DNA from: Candidatus Micrarchaeota archaeon
Lineage (GTDB): Archaea > Micrarchaeota > Micrarchaeia > Burarchaeales > JACRGF01
Direction: 5' to 3'
Assembly (NCBI GenBank): GCA_016212395.1
Contig: JACRGF010000009.1
Location: 28,132-92,131, forward strand
DNA length: 64,000 nucleotides
A model generated the notes under the pieces. It ran no database searches, was not told the origin of the DNA, and was given only the letters and a program-made list of their open reading frames with translations. This document shows, piece after piece, positions 49,141 through 58,287 of this stretch (positions are counted from its first letter, which is position 1; every line of letters begins with the position of its first letter). Both the position numbers and the translations under genes were made by a program.

Positions 49141-50637
49141 TTGAATTTGAAGAAAGGAGAGAAAGTGTTAGTTGTTACGGTTGAAGAGCCGTCCAAGCTC
49201 GTTCCAAAACTTCCCTACTTGAAGGTTCTCGTGTGCAGCGAGCAGGTGGCAGCGCTTCTCTCAATTAAGAAGATAATCGTGGAGTTGAAGCGCGCGGACT
49301 TGCGCGGCATCGCGCTCGTAGTCGTCCCAGGAAGCGTGCGCGGGGACGTGAAGGAAGTTGAAGATGCTGTGGGCATTCCAGTGCGCAAAGGCCCGCTTCA
49401 CATTGCTGACTTGAAGGCAGCGCTCGAGTCAGAAGTGCAGCTTTCAGCAATCCTGCCTGCTGATGATTTGATGCAGGAAGAAAAAAAGAAATCCATAGCG
49501 CGCGAACTCGAACTCTCTCGTGCTGAAGAAAAAAAGCTGGGAAGCATTCCGTTCGGAGGCCCTGCTAAAATAATTGCTGAAATAGTCGACGCTCCAAAAA
49601 TGAAGGAACGCGAGCTTGCCAAGCGCGCAAGCTATTATTCCACGTGCGGTGCGTGCGTCATTGACTTGGGAATGGTTGCAGGCGAAGACAACAGCAGGAA
49701 AGTGAGTGAAGTCGCTGGTGCAGTACGCTCTGCTGTTTCGCTTCCGCTCAGCATTGACTCGCTTGAAGAAAAGGAATTGGTTGCAGGAGTTGACGCTGGA
49801 GTGGATTTACTTTTGAGCTTGAGCTGGGACTCGCGAGAGTTGGTAAACTCAATTAAAAGCACGCCTGCAGTGATAATTCCGCGCGAAAACAACAAGACTC
49901 CGAAAAATTATTCTCAGAAAATAAAACTGCTAGAAAAAACGTTCGATTACTTTACAGAACGCGGCTTTCGAAACATTGTCGCAGACCCTATTCTCGAGCC
50001 TATTAATTTCGGGTTCAGCGAGTCGCTTGCAGCTTACTACCACTTCCGCGCATTGCATCCGCAAATTCCCATGCTGTTCGGAGTGGGCAACGTAAGCGAA
50101 TTGCTTGACGCAGACTCGCCCGGAGTGCACGCGCTCTTGGCAGCGTTCGCAAGCGAGCTTGGAATGGAGTTCATCCTCACCCCGGAGCATTCCAACAAGG
50201 CAAAGGGAAGCGTGCGTGAACTCGCATCAGCATCCAACCTCATGTTCCTCTCGAAGAAAAAGAAAACATTTCCAAAAAACATTGGCACTGACTTGCTGTT
50301 TTTGAAAGAAAAAAGAAAAAAGGAGGAAGTCGAGCTCAAGGCAAATAAAGAATTCAAGGCGCAACGCAAGCCAATCGCGTACGATAAAGGCAATTTCAAA
50401 ATTTTTGTTTTGCGCGATTTTGTGAAAGCAGTTTATGAGGATGGAAGCGAGCGCATTGCTTTCACTGGCAACAACGCGAGCGACTTGTGCAACACTATAG
50501 TTGAAAAGCTCGGCTCGCGCTTGAGCGGCTCGCACAAAGCGTACTTAGGAAGAGAGTTGATGAAGGCAGAAACATGCCTCGCGCTCGGAAAAAATTATGT
50601 TCAAGACGAGCAGTTATTCAAGGGGTTTCAGAAATGA
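49141..50637 (+). CDS. Dihydropteroate synthase-related protein (MJ0107-like) with C-terminal DUF4346-like domain
   Basis: VAAL, KGP, IIAEIVDAP, IDLG, SIDS, ADPILEP, GVGNVSELLDADSPG, AYLGRELMKAE..L.LGKNYVQD. Confidence 0.85.
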   Translation: MNLKKGEKVLVVTVEEPSKLVPKLPYLKVLVCSEQVAALLSIKKIIVELKRADLRGIALVVVPGSVRGDVKEVEDAVGIPVRKGPLHIADLKAALESEVQLSAILPADDLMQEEKKKSIARELELSRAEEKKLGSIPFGGPAKIIAEIVDAPKMKERELAKRASYYSTCGACVIDLGMVAGEDNSRKVSEVAGAVRSAVSLPLSIDSLEEKELVAGVDAGVDLLLSLSWDSRELVNSIKSTPAVIIPRENNKTPKNYSQKIKLLEKTFDYFTERGFRNIVADPILEPINFGFSESLAAYYHFRALHPQIPMLFGVGNVSELLDADSPGVHALLAAFASELGMEFILTPEHSNKAKGSVRELASASNLMFLSKKKKTFPKNIGTDLLFLKEKRKKEEVELKANKEFKAQRKPIAYDKGNFKIFVLRDFVKAVYEDGSERIAFTGNNASDLCNTIVEKLGSRLSGSHKAYLGRELMKAETCLALGKNYVQDEQLFKGFQK

Positions 50638-51314
50638 ATTACGAAGAATGGCGTAAACTGTACGCTGAACTAAAGAGAGAGCTTGCCCAGCTAGGGCTGC
50701 ATTTCGACAGGGACGAAGAGGCTCGCGATGTTTTGAACAGCCTGCTGAAGCAAGACGTTTTAAAAGAATTAAATTCGCTTGAAGGAAAAAACGTTGTTGT
50801 TTTTGCTGCTGGCGAAAGCTCGCGCTTGCTCCTGCTCGACGAAAAGTTTTTGCGCGTTGCAAGAAAAGCAATAGTTATCGCAACAGACGGAATACTGGAT
50901 GCGCTTTTCAATGCAGGTTTGAACCCTCGCATCGTATGCACTGACTTGGACAGTGATTTTGAATTTATTTCAAAAGCAAGCAGCAAAGGCGCAGTCATCA
51001 TAGTGCACGCGCATGGGGACAATATCCCTCAATTGAAGGAATTCGTGCCGAAGTTGAAGGGAAAAATAGTCGGAACGACTCAAGTTGAACCGAAAGGCGC
51101 TGTCCACAATTTCGGCGGTTTCATAGACGGCGACAGGGCGGTTTTTCTCGCGCTTCACTTCAACGCGAAAGCAGTTGGGTTTGCCGGCTTTAATGCAAAA
51201 AAGAAAAAGCATGAGGCAGGCATAAAACTCGTTGAACAACTGAAAAAAAATAACAAAAACATCTTCAACTTAAGCAATCAAAAAGAACTAAACGCGTTCG
51301 TCAAACTGGTGTAA
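50634..51314 (+). CDS. mptE: 6-hydroxymethyl-7,8-dihydropterin pyrophosphokinase (DUF115)
   Basis: IATDG, TDLD, VHAHGDNI, GTTQVEP, NFGGFIDGDRAVFLA. Confidence 0.9.
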   Translation: MNYEEWRKLYAELKRELAQLGLHFDRDEEARDVLNSLLKQDVLKELNSLEGKNVVVFAAGESSRLLLLDEKFLRVARKAIVIATDGILDALFNAGLNPRIVCTDLDSDFEFISKASSKGAVIIVHAHGDNIPQLKEFVPKLKGKIVGTTQVEPKGAVHNFGGFIDGDRAVFLALHFNAKAVGFAGFNAKKKKHEAGIKLVEQLKKNNKNIFNLSNQKELNAFVKLV

Positions 51315-51317
51315 CAA

Positions 51318-52658
51318 ATGGATTTGGAAGGCTTTGCACGCAGGGGCTTGAAGAGGAAAAGGAAAGCGTCAGCAGTAGCGAGCGACTTGTCTGAACTTAT
51401 TCTCGAAGTGAAGCCTCATCTTTCAAAAAAGCAGGCTGTTGCTTTTGCCAATGCAGTTGTAGAAGAAGTGGAGAAATCAAGTGTTCCTGCTCGCGATGAA
51501 ATAGTTTCAGATGTTTTGCGCATCCCGCTTGCAGGAGTTTCAATGGGTGAAATAGGCGTCGGGTGCAGGGGGCAAGGCGATTTTTTCGTTCACCGCGAAA
51601 TCGCTCGCATTGGCGGGCTGAAGCCTGCCTTGGGCCCTTCAGACCAGGATGACGCGGGCGGAGTTGTGCTTGCGAACAAGGAAGTTATTCTAGTGAGCGT
51701 TGACGGCACGCACAGCAGGCTGAGCGAGTGGCCTTTCCTCGCAGGCTTTCATGTTGCGCGAGCTGCGTTGCGCGATGTTCTAGTAAAAGGCGGGAGGCCT
51801 CTCGGCTTGTTTGTCGACGTTCACTTGGCTGACGACGGGGATGTTGGAAAGCTGCTTGATTTTTCTGCTGGAGTGAACGCAGTAAGCGAGCTTGTCGGAG
51901 CTCCAGTGCTTGCAGGAAGCACTCTGCGCGTTGGAGGCGACATGGTTGCAGGCGACCGCATGGTGAGCTGCGCAGGCGCTGTTGGAATGACGCTTGAAGC
52001 GAACGTAGCGTCCCGCAGCCGCGTAAAGCAAGGCGATTATATTTTAATGACGCGCGGTGCAGGCGGAGGGACAATTTGCACTGCAGCAATTTTTTCAGGC
52101 AACCACGAAGTAGTGAAGGAAACGCTTAATGTCGACTTTTACCGCGCGTGCACTGCTGTTTTCAACGTTCTCGACTGCGTGAGCGCAATGGCTGATGTTA
52201 CGAACGGCGGAATCCGCGGGGACGCGCACGAAATCTCGAAAAGCGCTAACGTTGGAATGAAGCTCGAGTGCGAAAAAATAATTTCTCTCGTAAACCCGCG
52301 CGTGCTCGCGTTGCTTGAAACGCAGAAGATAGACCCGCTCGGAGTTTCGCTTGACTCGCTCCTCGTGTTCACCAAACATCCTGAAAAAGCGATGCGCGAG
52401 ATAAGGCGCGCTGGCGTGCAAGTTGAAATTATTGGAAGAGTTGAAGGCAGAGAATGCGTGCTCGTGAAAAACAAGAAGGAAGAACCGTTCACGCCTTTGT
52501 TCCGCGAGAGCGCTTACACGAAGATAAAAAAACTCGTCGGAGAGAGCACTCCGAAAAACTTTAACGAGTTGCTTGAGCGCGTTAAGCAGGCAACGCAACA
52601 GGCAATTGAAAAAAAGAACAAAATAGTGGAATTCGTGCGGAAGAAAAAAGGTGAATGA
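51318..52658 (+). CDS. AIR synthase/PurM-HypE-fold protein
   Basis: MGEIGVGCRGQGDFFVH, DDAG, DGTHSRLS..PFLAGFHV.RA.LRD, DVTNGGIRGDA, P.FRESAYT. Confidence 0.82.
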   Translation: MDLEGFARRGLKRKRKASAVASDLSELILEVKPHLSKKQAVAFANAVVEEVEKSSVPARDEIVSDVLRIPLAGVSMGEIGVGCRGQGDFFVHREIARIGGLKPALGPSDQDDAGGVVLANKEVILVSVDGTHSRLSEWPFLAGFHVARAALRDVLVKGGRPLGLFVDVHLADDGDVGKLLDFSAGVNAVSELVGAPVLAGSTLRVGGDMVAGDRMVSCAGAVGMTLEANVASRSRVKQGDYILMTRGAGGGTICTAAIFSGNHEVVKETLNVDFYRACTAVFNVLDCVSAMADVTNGGIRGDAHEISKSANVGMKLECEKIISLVNPRVLALLETQKIDPLGVSLDSLLVFTKHPEKAMREIRRAGVQVEIIGRVEGRECVLVKNKKEEPFTPLFRESAYTKIKKLVGESTPKNFNELLERVKQATQQAIEKKNKIVEFVRKKKGE

Positions 52659-53227
52659 AAATGAACTTGCGTGCTATGGGCTTCAAAAAAAACTGGGTTT
52701 ACGAAGGAATAGCTTCAACTGAAAGCAAAGACTGCTCGCAGAACAACGCGCCAATGGGCTTTCTCTCAACAGGCTTGAAGGCAATAACCCTCCGGCCTTA
52801 CCGCAACACGCGCACTTACGAAAACATTCAGCGAACGAAAAAATGCGTTCTCCACTCTCTAGAGCTAAGTGAAGAAAACGTTTCCTCTTTCCACGACTTC
52901 ATTTGGAGCGAGAAAGCGAAAAAAGCGAAGAAAGTAAATTCAACAGGCTTCCTTGTTTTGAAAGCAGAAAAAATAAAAGAAGACAAGGCAAATGCAGGCA
53001 GAAGCATTGTTGTTTGCTCTGTTGTGAAAGCAGAAGGAAAATTCTTTTTGTTCTCGCGTGCTCCTTCCCTCGCGTTCGAGTGCGTGGTGAAGGCAAGCAA
53101 GCTCGGCTTGAGGTTGGAAGACGACGCGCTCCTGCGCGCCATAATAAAAAACAATCTGGAAACAATTCAACGGATAGCTCCGAATTCGGAATGCGAAAAG
53201 ATTGCTGTAAAATGCAGTAGTTTATAG
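52655..53227 (+). CDS. DUF447 family protein
   Basis: YEGIAST, NNAPMG, PYRNTRTYENI, FSRA....ECVVKAS. Confidence 0.7.
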   Translation: MKMNLRAMGFKKNWVYEGIASTESKDCSQNNAPMGFLSTGLKAITLRPYRNTRTYENIQRTKKCVLHSLELSEENVSSFHDFIWSEKAKKAKKVNSTGFLVLKAEKIKEDKANAGRSIVVCSVVKAEGKFFLFSRAPSLAFECVVKASKLGLRLEDDALLRAIIKNNLETIQRIAPNSECEKIAVKCSSL

Positions 53228-53536
53228 CTTCTTTCCGGTTTGAGCTATCAATTTTTTTCCTTCCTTCAAAGTCTTCCTTCCTTTTCCAGTAAGCGCGTAG
53301 TATTTTCTCCTTCCCTCGAATTTCGACGTGATCAGCCTTTCATTTTCCAGCCTGTAGAGCACCACGTAATTCAAAATCAATCCCGGCTTCCACCCGAACT
53401 TTTTCTCTATCTTGTCCTGCATGGTGTAAGCATACTCGTTGTTCTTCTTCAGCAGGCTCAACACGTAGAGCCACAAGTTTCCTTGAGTAAGCGTCCGTTC
53501 CAGCCTTCTCACGGGGCTCGTCTTCTCTTCAGCCAT
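53222..53536 (-). CDS. PadR family transcriptional regulator
   Basis: LWLYVLSLL...YAY, YVVLYRLE..RLI, RRKYYALTGKG. Confidence 0.9.
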   Translation of the reverse strand: MAEEKTSPVRRLERTLTQGNLWLYVLSLLKKNNEYAYTMQDKIEKKFGWKPGLILNYVVLYRLENERLITSKFEGRRKYYALTGKGRKTLKEGKKLIAQTGKKL

Positions 53537-53587
53537 GCTTTTCCTATTGTTTGCGCGGGATTTAAATAGTTTTTTGTCTATAAAATA

Positions 53588-53621
53588 TTTTACAACTGTA
53601 AAACAGTTTTCGACTGTAAAA
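53588..53621. promoter_or_regulatory. Candidate PadR operator (palindrome plus degenerate second copy) between padR and ino1
   Basis: TTTTACA-AC-TGTAAAA perfect inverted repeat at 53588-53603; TTTTCG-AC-TGTAAAA at 53607-53621. Confidence 0.65.
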
Positions 53622-53631
53622 GAGTGAGAAC

Positions 53632-54717
53632 ATGGGTAAAATAAAAATCGCTATTGCTGGTGTTGGGAATTGCTCGAGCTCGCTCGTCCAGGGCTTGACT
53701 TACTACAAAAACGTGAAGGCTACGGACGAATTGATTCCCGGATTGATGCACAATTCCATCGGCGGCTATCTGTTGAGCGACATCAAGGTTGTCGCTGCTT
53801 TTGACATTGACAAGCGCAAGGTCGGCACGGACGTGAGCGAAGCTATTTTTTCTCCTCCCAATTGCACTATCAAGTTTTCAAGCGTTCCAAAGCTTGGCGT
53901 TGAAGTGAAGAAAGGCCCTGTGCTTGACGGGGTTGCAGAGACTACGAAGCACATGTTTCTTGTTGACGCTGGCCAGAAGCCTTGCGACGTGAAGAAAGAG
54001 CTTGAGGACTCTGGCGCTGAAGTGCTTGTTAATTACATGCCTGTTGGCAGCGAGCAGGCTGCGAGGTTTTACGCGCGTGCTGCGCTTGACGCCGGCTGCG
54101 GCTTAGTGAACTGCATGCCCGTGTTCATCGCGAGCGAGAAAGAATGGTCAAGCAAATTCGAGGAGAGAAAACTGCCTGTGATTGGCGACGACATCAAGTC
54201 CCAGGTTGGCGCGACTATCCTGCACCGCGTTCTCGCGCGCTTGTTTCTCGAGCGCGGGGTGAAAGTAGAGCGCACTTACCAGCTGAACGTTGGCGGAAAC
54301 ACTGATTTCGCTAATATGCTTGAGCGTTCGCGCTTGATTTCAAAAAAGATTTCAAAGACAGAAGCTGTGCAAAGCCAGTTCCCAGTGCGCTTGAGCGACG
54401 ACAACATCACCATCGGGCCAAGTGATTACGTGCCTTGGATGAAGGACAAGAAGGTTGCTTTCGTGCGCGTTGAAGGCAGAAAGTTCGGAGACGTGCCGAT
54501 TGTTTTGGACTGCAGGCTCGACGTGGAGGACTCGCCGAATTCCGCTGGAATAGTTGTTGACGCGGTAAGGTGCTGCAAGCTCGCGCTCGACAGGAAAATC
54601 GGAGGCGCGCTCACTTCCGCTTCAAGCTACTTGTTCAAGCACCCGCCTATTCAATTTACTGATGTAGAAGCGCGCAGGCAGCTTGAAGAATTCATTACTG
54701 GCACGAGAGAAAAATAA
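53632..54717 (+). CDS. ino1: myo-inositol-1-phosphate synthase
   Basis: GVGNCSSSLVQG, YMPVGSE, GDDIKSQVGAT, QLNVGGNTDF, SKKISKT, DSPNSAG. Confidence 0.96.
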   Translation: MGKIKIAIAGVGNCSSSLVQGLTYYKNVKATDELIPGLMHNSIGGYLLSDIKVVAAFDIDKRKVGTDVSEAIFSPPNCTIKFSSVPKLGVEVKKGPVLDGVAETTKHMFLVDAGQKPCDVKKELEDSGAEVLVNYMPVGSEQAARFYARAALDAGCGLVNCMPVFIASEKEWSSKFEERKLPVIGDDIKSQVGATILHRVLARLFLERGVKVERTYQLNVGGNTDFANMLERSRLISKKISKTEAVQSQFPVRLSDDNITIGPSDYVPWMKDKKVAFVRVEGRKFGDVPIVLDCRLDVEDSPNSAGIVVDAVRCCKLALDRKIGGALTSASSYLFKHPPIQFTDVEARRQLEEFITGTREK

Positions 54718-54855
54718 GAATGGTTTTGCAGTTGAGTCGACTGCTCGACAACGCTTTGCATTGTCGATAGTTTTGAGTAGTTTCGAGTTGTTTTGGCTTG
54801 TTTCGATTCTTTGATTGTGCAGTTGTTTTGCGTTGTTTCGATTGGGTGGTCGTGA

Positions 54856-55476
54856 ATGTTGAAAACAAATTTTTCTGATTTTGCTGAAAGCATTTCAATA
54901 CGAATAGGAATGCTTTTCTCGAGAATTCCGCTTACTCCCAACCAGTGGACTGTATTGTCCATCCTTCCTGCGATTATCGGTTTTTATTTTCTTTTTGAAA
55001 AGCAAATGGCTGCAGCCATTGTTTTATTCGCGTTTTCCACTCTCATTGACGGCATTGACGGAGGCGTCGCGCGCGTTACCGGCGCTGTCTCGAGCTTGGG
55101 CGCTTACTTGGACGGAATAGTGGACAGGATTGTCGAAGCATTGTTGTTGTTCGGGCTGATGTTCTCAGGCTTCGTCTCTGATTACTATAATATTCCAAGC
55201 TATGCCTGGCTTGCGTTGCTGTTGTTTGCAGGAACGGTTTTCACTTCCTACGCGCGCGCTTACGCTGACCACCGCAAGGCGCTCACTGACGAGAAAAAAC
55301 TGAAGAAAATGGGCGGGTTGCTCGAGCGGCCGGAACGCCTAATTCTGGTTTTCGCAGGAATGGCCGCGTGGTTCTACCAGCCTGAATATTTAACGTACGC
55401 AATAGTTGCTGCTGCATTGCTTTCGTGTGTTACTGTGCTCCAGCGCGTTTTGTTCGTAGTGCGGAATGCAGAATGA
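54856..55476 (+). CDS. CDP-alcohol phosphatidyltransferase (probable archaetidylinositol phosphate synthase)
   Basis: TPNQWT, DGIDGGVAR..G..S..GAYLDGIVDR, SYARA, GLLERPER; next to ino1. Confidence 0.88.
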   Translation: MLKTNFSDFAESISIRIGMLFSRIPLTPNQWTVLSILPAIIGFYFLFEKQMAAAIVLFAFSTLIDGIDGGVARVTGAVSSLGAYLDGIVDRIVEALLLFGLMFSGFVSDYYNIPSYAWLALLLFAGTVFTSYARAYADHRKALTDEKKLKKMGGLLERPERLILVFAGMAAWFYQPEYLTYAIVAAALLSCVTVLQRVLFVVRNAE

Positions 55477-55552
55477 GCGAGTGTTTGCGCGCGCGTTTTT
55501 TTGCGAGTGCTGTCCGTAGTCAAAAACGCGGAATAAAACAGATTAATATTTT

Positions 55553-56257
55553 TTGCTTGCGTTCGTGTTCCTTGTGTTTGAAGGTTTCGCGCGTGCGTTA
55601 AAGGAGTTTCACGGCATTCTCTTTGATTTAGATTCAACGCTTGCGCGCTTGAGGCGAGAAGCTGATTTTTTCGAGGCTTTCAAGAAGCTTTCCTTTGCTG
55701 TCCTCATTCAACTGCTTTTCTTCTTCGTGTTTCTAGTTAGTTTCGGCGCGCTCGTGTTCTTCTGCGGCTTGACCGGCTTTGATAAGTACGCTGGTTTTCT
55801 AAAATCAATTTCCCCGATTGTTTACGCGAGCCTGCTCGTAGTCTTCTTCAAATACCCTGTTTACTTCGGCGTGTGGCTGTTCTCGCTTGTTTCTTCTTTT
55901 TCGCTCGCCCGCTTTCTCGGAGGCAGGCAGTCTTTCAAGCAAGCGTTCGCGCACTGGTGCTACTTTTACTACTTCGGCTTTATAGTCTATTTCCTCATCG
56001 CTTTTTTTCACGAAGGATTCGTAACCCCAATCGCTTCCACTGCAAGCTATTACCTGTTCGTCCTCACTTTGCTGTTGTTCGTGCCTTTCCTCGTTTACCT
56101 CACTTCCTATTCAGTGCGCATTAACAACAATTTCAGCCACAAGAAGGCTTTCGCAATACAGCTCGTGGTAATAGTTTTGGCTGTGGCGCTCGCGTTCCTC
56201 GCGTTTTACGCGTGGTTCAGCGAGCCGTTGAACGAACTCGTCCTGCGCTTGCAGTAG
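55553..56257 (+). CDS. Membrane protein (YIP1-like topology)
   Basis: About 5 TM helices, ARFLGGRQSFKQ, HKKAF; start uncertain. Confidence 0.55.
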   Translation: MLAFVFLVFEGFARALKEFHGILFDLDSTLARLRREADFFEAFKKLSFAVLIQLLFFFVFLVSFGALVFFCGLTGFDKYAGFLKSISPIVYASLLVVFFKYPVYFGVWLFSLVSSFSLARFLGGRQSFKQAFAHWCYFYYFGFIVYFLIAFFHEGFVTPIASTASYYLFVLTLLLFVPFLVYLTSYSVRINNNFSHKKAFAIQLVVIVLAVALAFLAFYAWFSEPLNELVLRLQ

Positions 56258-56264
56258 TTTCTTC

Positions 56265-57248
56265 CTATCCAGACGTAATTTTTACTATTTTCAGCTGGTA
56301 CGCAAGCGTTTTTCCCGCGAGCGGGTGATTATAATCAAGCACTATGCTCGTCTCATTCGACGAGTACAGCCTCGCCTCTACAATTACTCCGTTCGCGTCC
56401 TGCTTGTAGTACCTTGTCGCTTCAAGCGCTTCCAGCCTGTACTTCATCTCGTTCTCGCTCACTTCAGTAATCGTCCCGGCTAATGGCGTCACGAACAATT
56501 TCTCGTCGCTCACGTAATCCCCGTACGATATTTTCACGCCCATTGCCGCTGACGGTATTGAAAAATTCTGGCCAAGCTCGGGATTGTTTTTTATTTTCAC
56601 GCTTGAATTCGTTTTCTCAAGCACTGTTGCCTGCCACCCGCTAAGCGTTACGTTCGCGCCTTCAATCATGCCACTCTCCGGAATTCCAGCCATTTCAACA
56701 AGCGTGCTCACTTCGTAAGTTTGAACGCGCGAAATAGTTGATTCGCGCGGTATCGTAACAAGGCGCGTGCCTTTCCACTCCCCGTACGCTTCCCCTGGAG
56801 AAAGCGTAACGTTCTTCTCCTCGCCTTCACGCATTCCAACTAACGCTTTTTCAACGCCTTTCACGAGCCCGCTCGCATCAAGCTGAAGCATCGCCTGCGC
56901 TGGAACATACGTCTTGCCTTCAACAAACACTCCAGCGTCAACAGCTACTTGCTTTATGCTCGTGTCTATCACTTTCCCCCCAGCATCCCTTGCAACGTAA
57001 TCAAACAACACTCCATCCCCGTACTTCGCAACATTCTCAACAACCACTGGCGGAGTTGGCTTTTGCGAGTCCATGAACAAAACTATTCCCGCGACTGCCA
57101 CGAGCGCAACAAGCATCAATCCAAAATACACGTATATCTTCGGAAAACCTTGCTCTTGCTTTTCAGTTTTCTGAACAGCATCTTCACGCTGTTTTGTTTG
57201 CGCGTGCTGTGCATGCACGTGTTTTTTCACTTCGCTCATTCTCACCAA
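56265..57248 (-). CDS. Membrane-anchored FKBP-type peptidyl-prolyl isomerase (SlyD-like)
   Basis: N-terminal TM; GKVIDTS, GVEKALVGM.EGE, PGEAYG, LDYNHPLAGKTL. Confidence 0.88.
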   Translation of the reverse strand: MVRMSEVKKHVHAQHAQTKQREDAVQKTEKQEQGFPKIYVYFGLMLVALVAVAGIVLFMDSQKPTPPVVVENVAKYGDGVLFDYVARDAGGKVIDTSIKQVAVDAGVFVEGKTYVPAQAMLQLDASGLVKGVEKALVGMREGEEKNVTLSPGEAYGEWKGTRLVTIPRESTISRVQTYEVSTLVEMAGIPESGMIEGANVTLSGWQATVLEKTNSSVKIKNNPELGQNFSIPSAAMGVKISYGDYVSDEKLFVTPLAGTITEVSENEMKYRLEALEATRYYKQDANGVIVEARLYSSNETSIVLDYNHPLAGKTLAYQLKIVKITSG

Positions 57249-57271
57249 CTCCTAACGCTACTAAAACAAAT

Positions 57272-58246
57272 TCAGCAAATAAACTCTAAAACACTTCCCC
57301 TGCTTTCCTTCAGCTTCATATTTCCAACAAGCGCCTGCATTCTCCCGCCAGCCAACCCGTCCGCAACGAGTGCTGCGCCTACTGCAGCAGCCTTGACATT
57401 TTTTTTCTCAAGCTTCAACTCCTCAAATTCAAACTCGCTTCCGCGCAACTCCAACTCTTTTTTCAACTCGCCAGCGTTTCTCCCGCTCAAAACCACTCGC
57501 CTGCAGTCCAAGCTCACCCTCAACGCGTTCAAGTCCTTTGAAATCCCTTCCAGAAACGCTTCACGTGCTCCCTCACATTTTTTTTCAGCATCCTCCAAGC
57601 CACCGCTGAAAACATTTGCCTTTTCTTGCATCAAATACGCCAACTCCGCATCAACTCTGCCTCTCGCTTTTTTTCCCATGCTCGCGCAGCTCCCGCCAAT
57701 CCCATCCACGATTTTTCCACAGTCAACAGCGAGAAAAGCGTTGAACGCGCTCCCGATTTCAGCGAACAGGAAAGAAGCTTCAGCATACTCCCTCTTCTCT
57801 TTCACGCAGTAATCTTCTATTGCCGCGGCGCACGCGCATACTTTGTCCGGAGTGCCCAAATCAATCTTGTTTATCTTCCTGTAGTCCGGGACAGTCTGCA
57901 AGTGCTTCACTCCCGGAAGCACGAACGCGTTCATTCCACTTGCTTTCATTTCGCGCAGAACGCGCTCCAATCCAACGATTGCTTTCCTCTCGTTTTTCTT
58001 CAACAACAGCAATTCAAAGTCCTGCTCGTTCAACTCGCTTGTTTTTTTCAAAGGCAACCCGTAGCCTGAAGGCGCTGCGATTGCATCGAACTCGCCAAAA
58101 GAATTTACTGCATCAATTATTTTTCGCGGGCTTTCCACTGCTTCTTTCGTGTCAATCTCGGCGTAACCGTCGAGTTTTCCGTCTGTTGTTGTTGCTATCG
58201 CCCAAGTTTTCGTTCCAGGGTCTATCCCGCAGGCTTTCACGCGCAT
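57272..58246 (-). CDS. DUF1464 family protein (ASKHA/butyrate kinase-like)
   Basis: GIDPGTK, APSGYGLP, PGVKHL.TVP.YRK.NKIDLGTPDK, GKIVDGIGG, AAVGAALVADGLAGG. Confidence 0.85.
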   Translation of the reverse strand: MRVKACGIDPGTKTWAIATTTDGKLDGYAEIDTKEAVESPRKIIDAVNSFGEFDAIAAPSGYGLPLKKTSELNEQDFELLLLKKNERKAIVGLERVLREMKASGMNAFVLPGVKHLQTVPDYRKINKIDLGTPDKVCACAAAIEDYCVKEKREYAEASFLFAEIGSAFNAFLAVDCGKIVDGIGGSCASMGKKARGRVDAELAYLMQEKANVFSGGLEDAEKKCEGAREAFLEGISKDLNALRVSLDCRRVVLSGRNAGELKKELELRGSEFEFEELKLEKKNVKAAAVGAALVADGLAGGRMQALVGNMKLKESRGSVLEFIC

Positions 58247-58287
58247 ATTTAACCTTTTTCGCGCGAAAACTTTTATTGTTGGTGGGC

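Noticed and set aside
57820..58287. Long N-terminal extension of MptA (likewise LonB 34643-35080)
   Set aside because: These extensions overlap genuine neighbouring genes; family similarity begins at ATG 58288 and ATG 35081.
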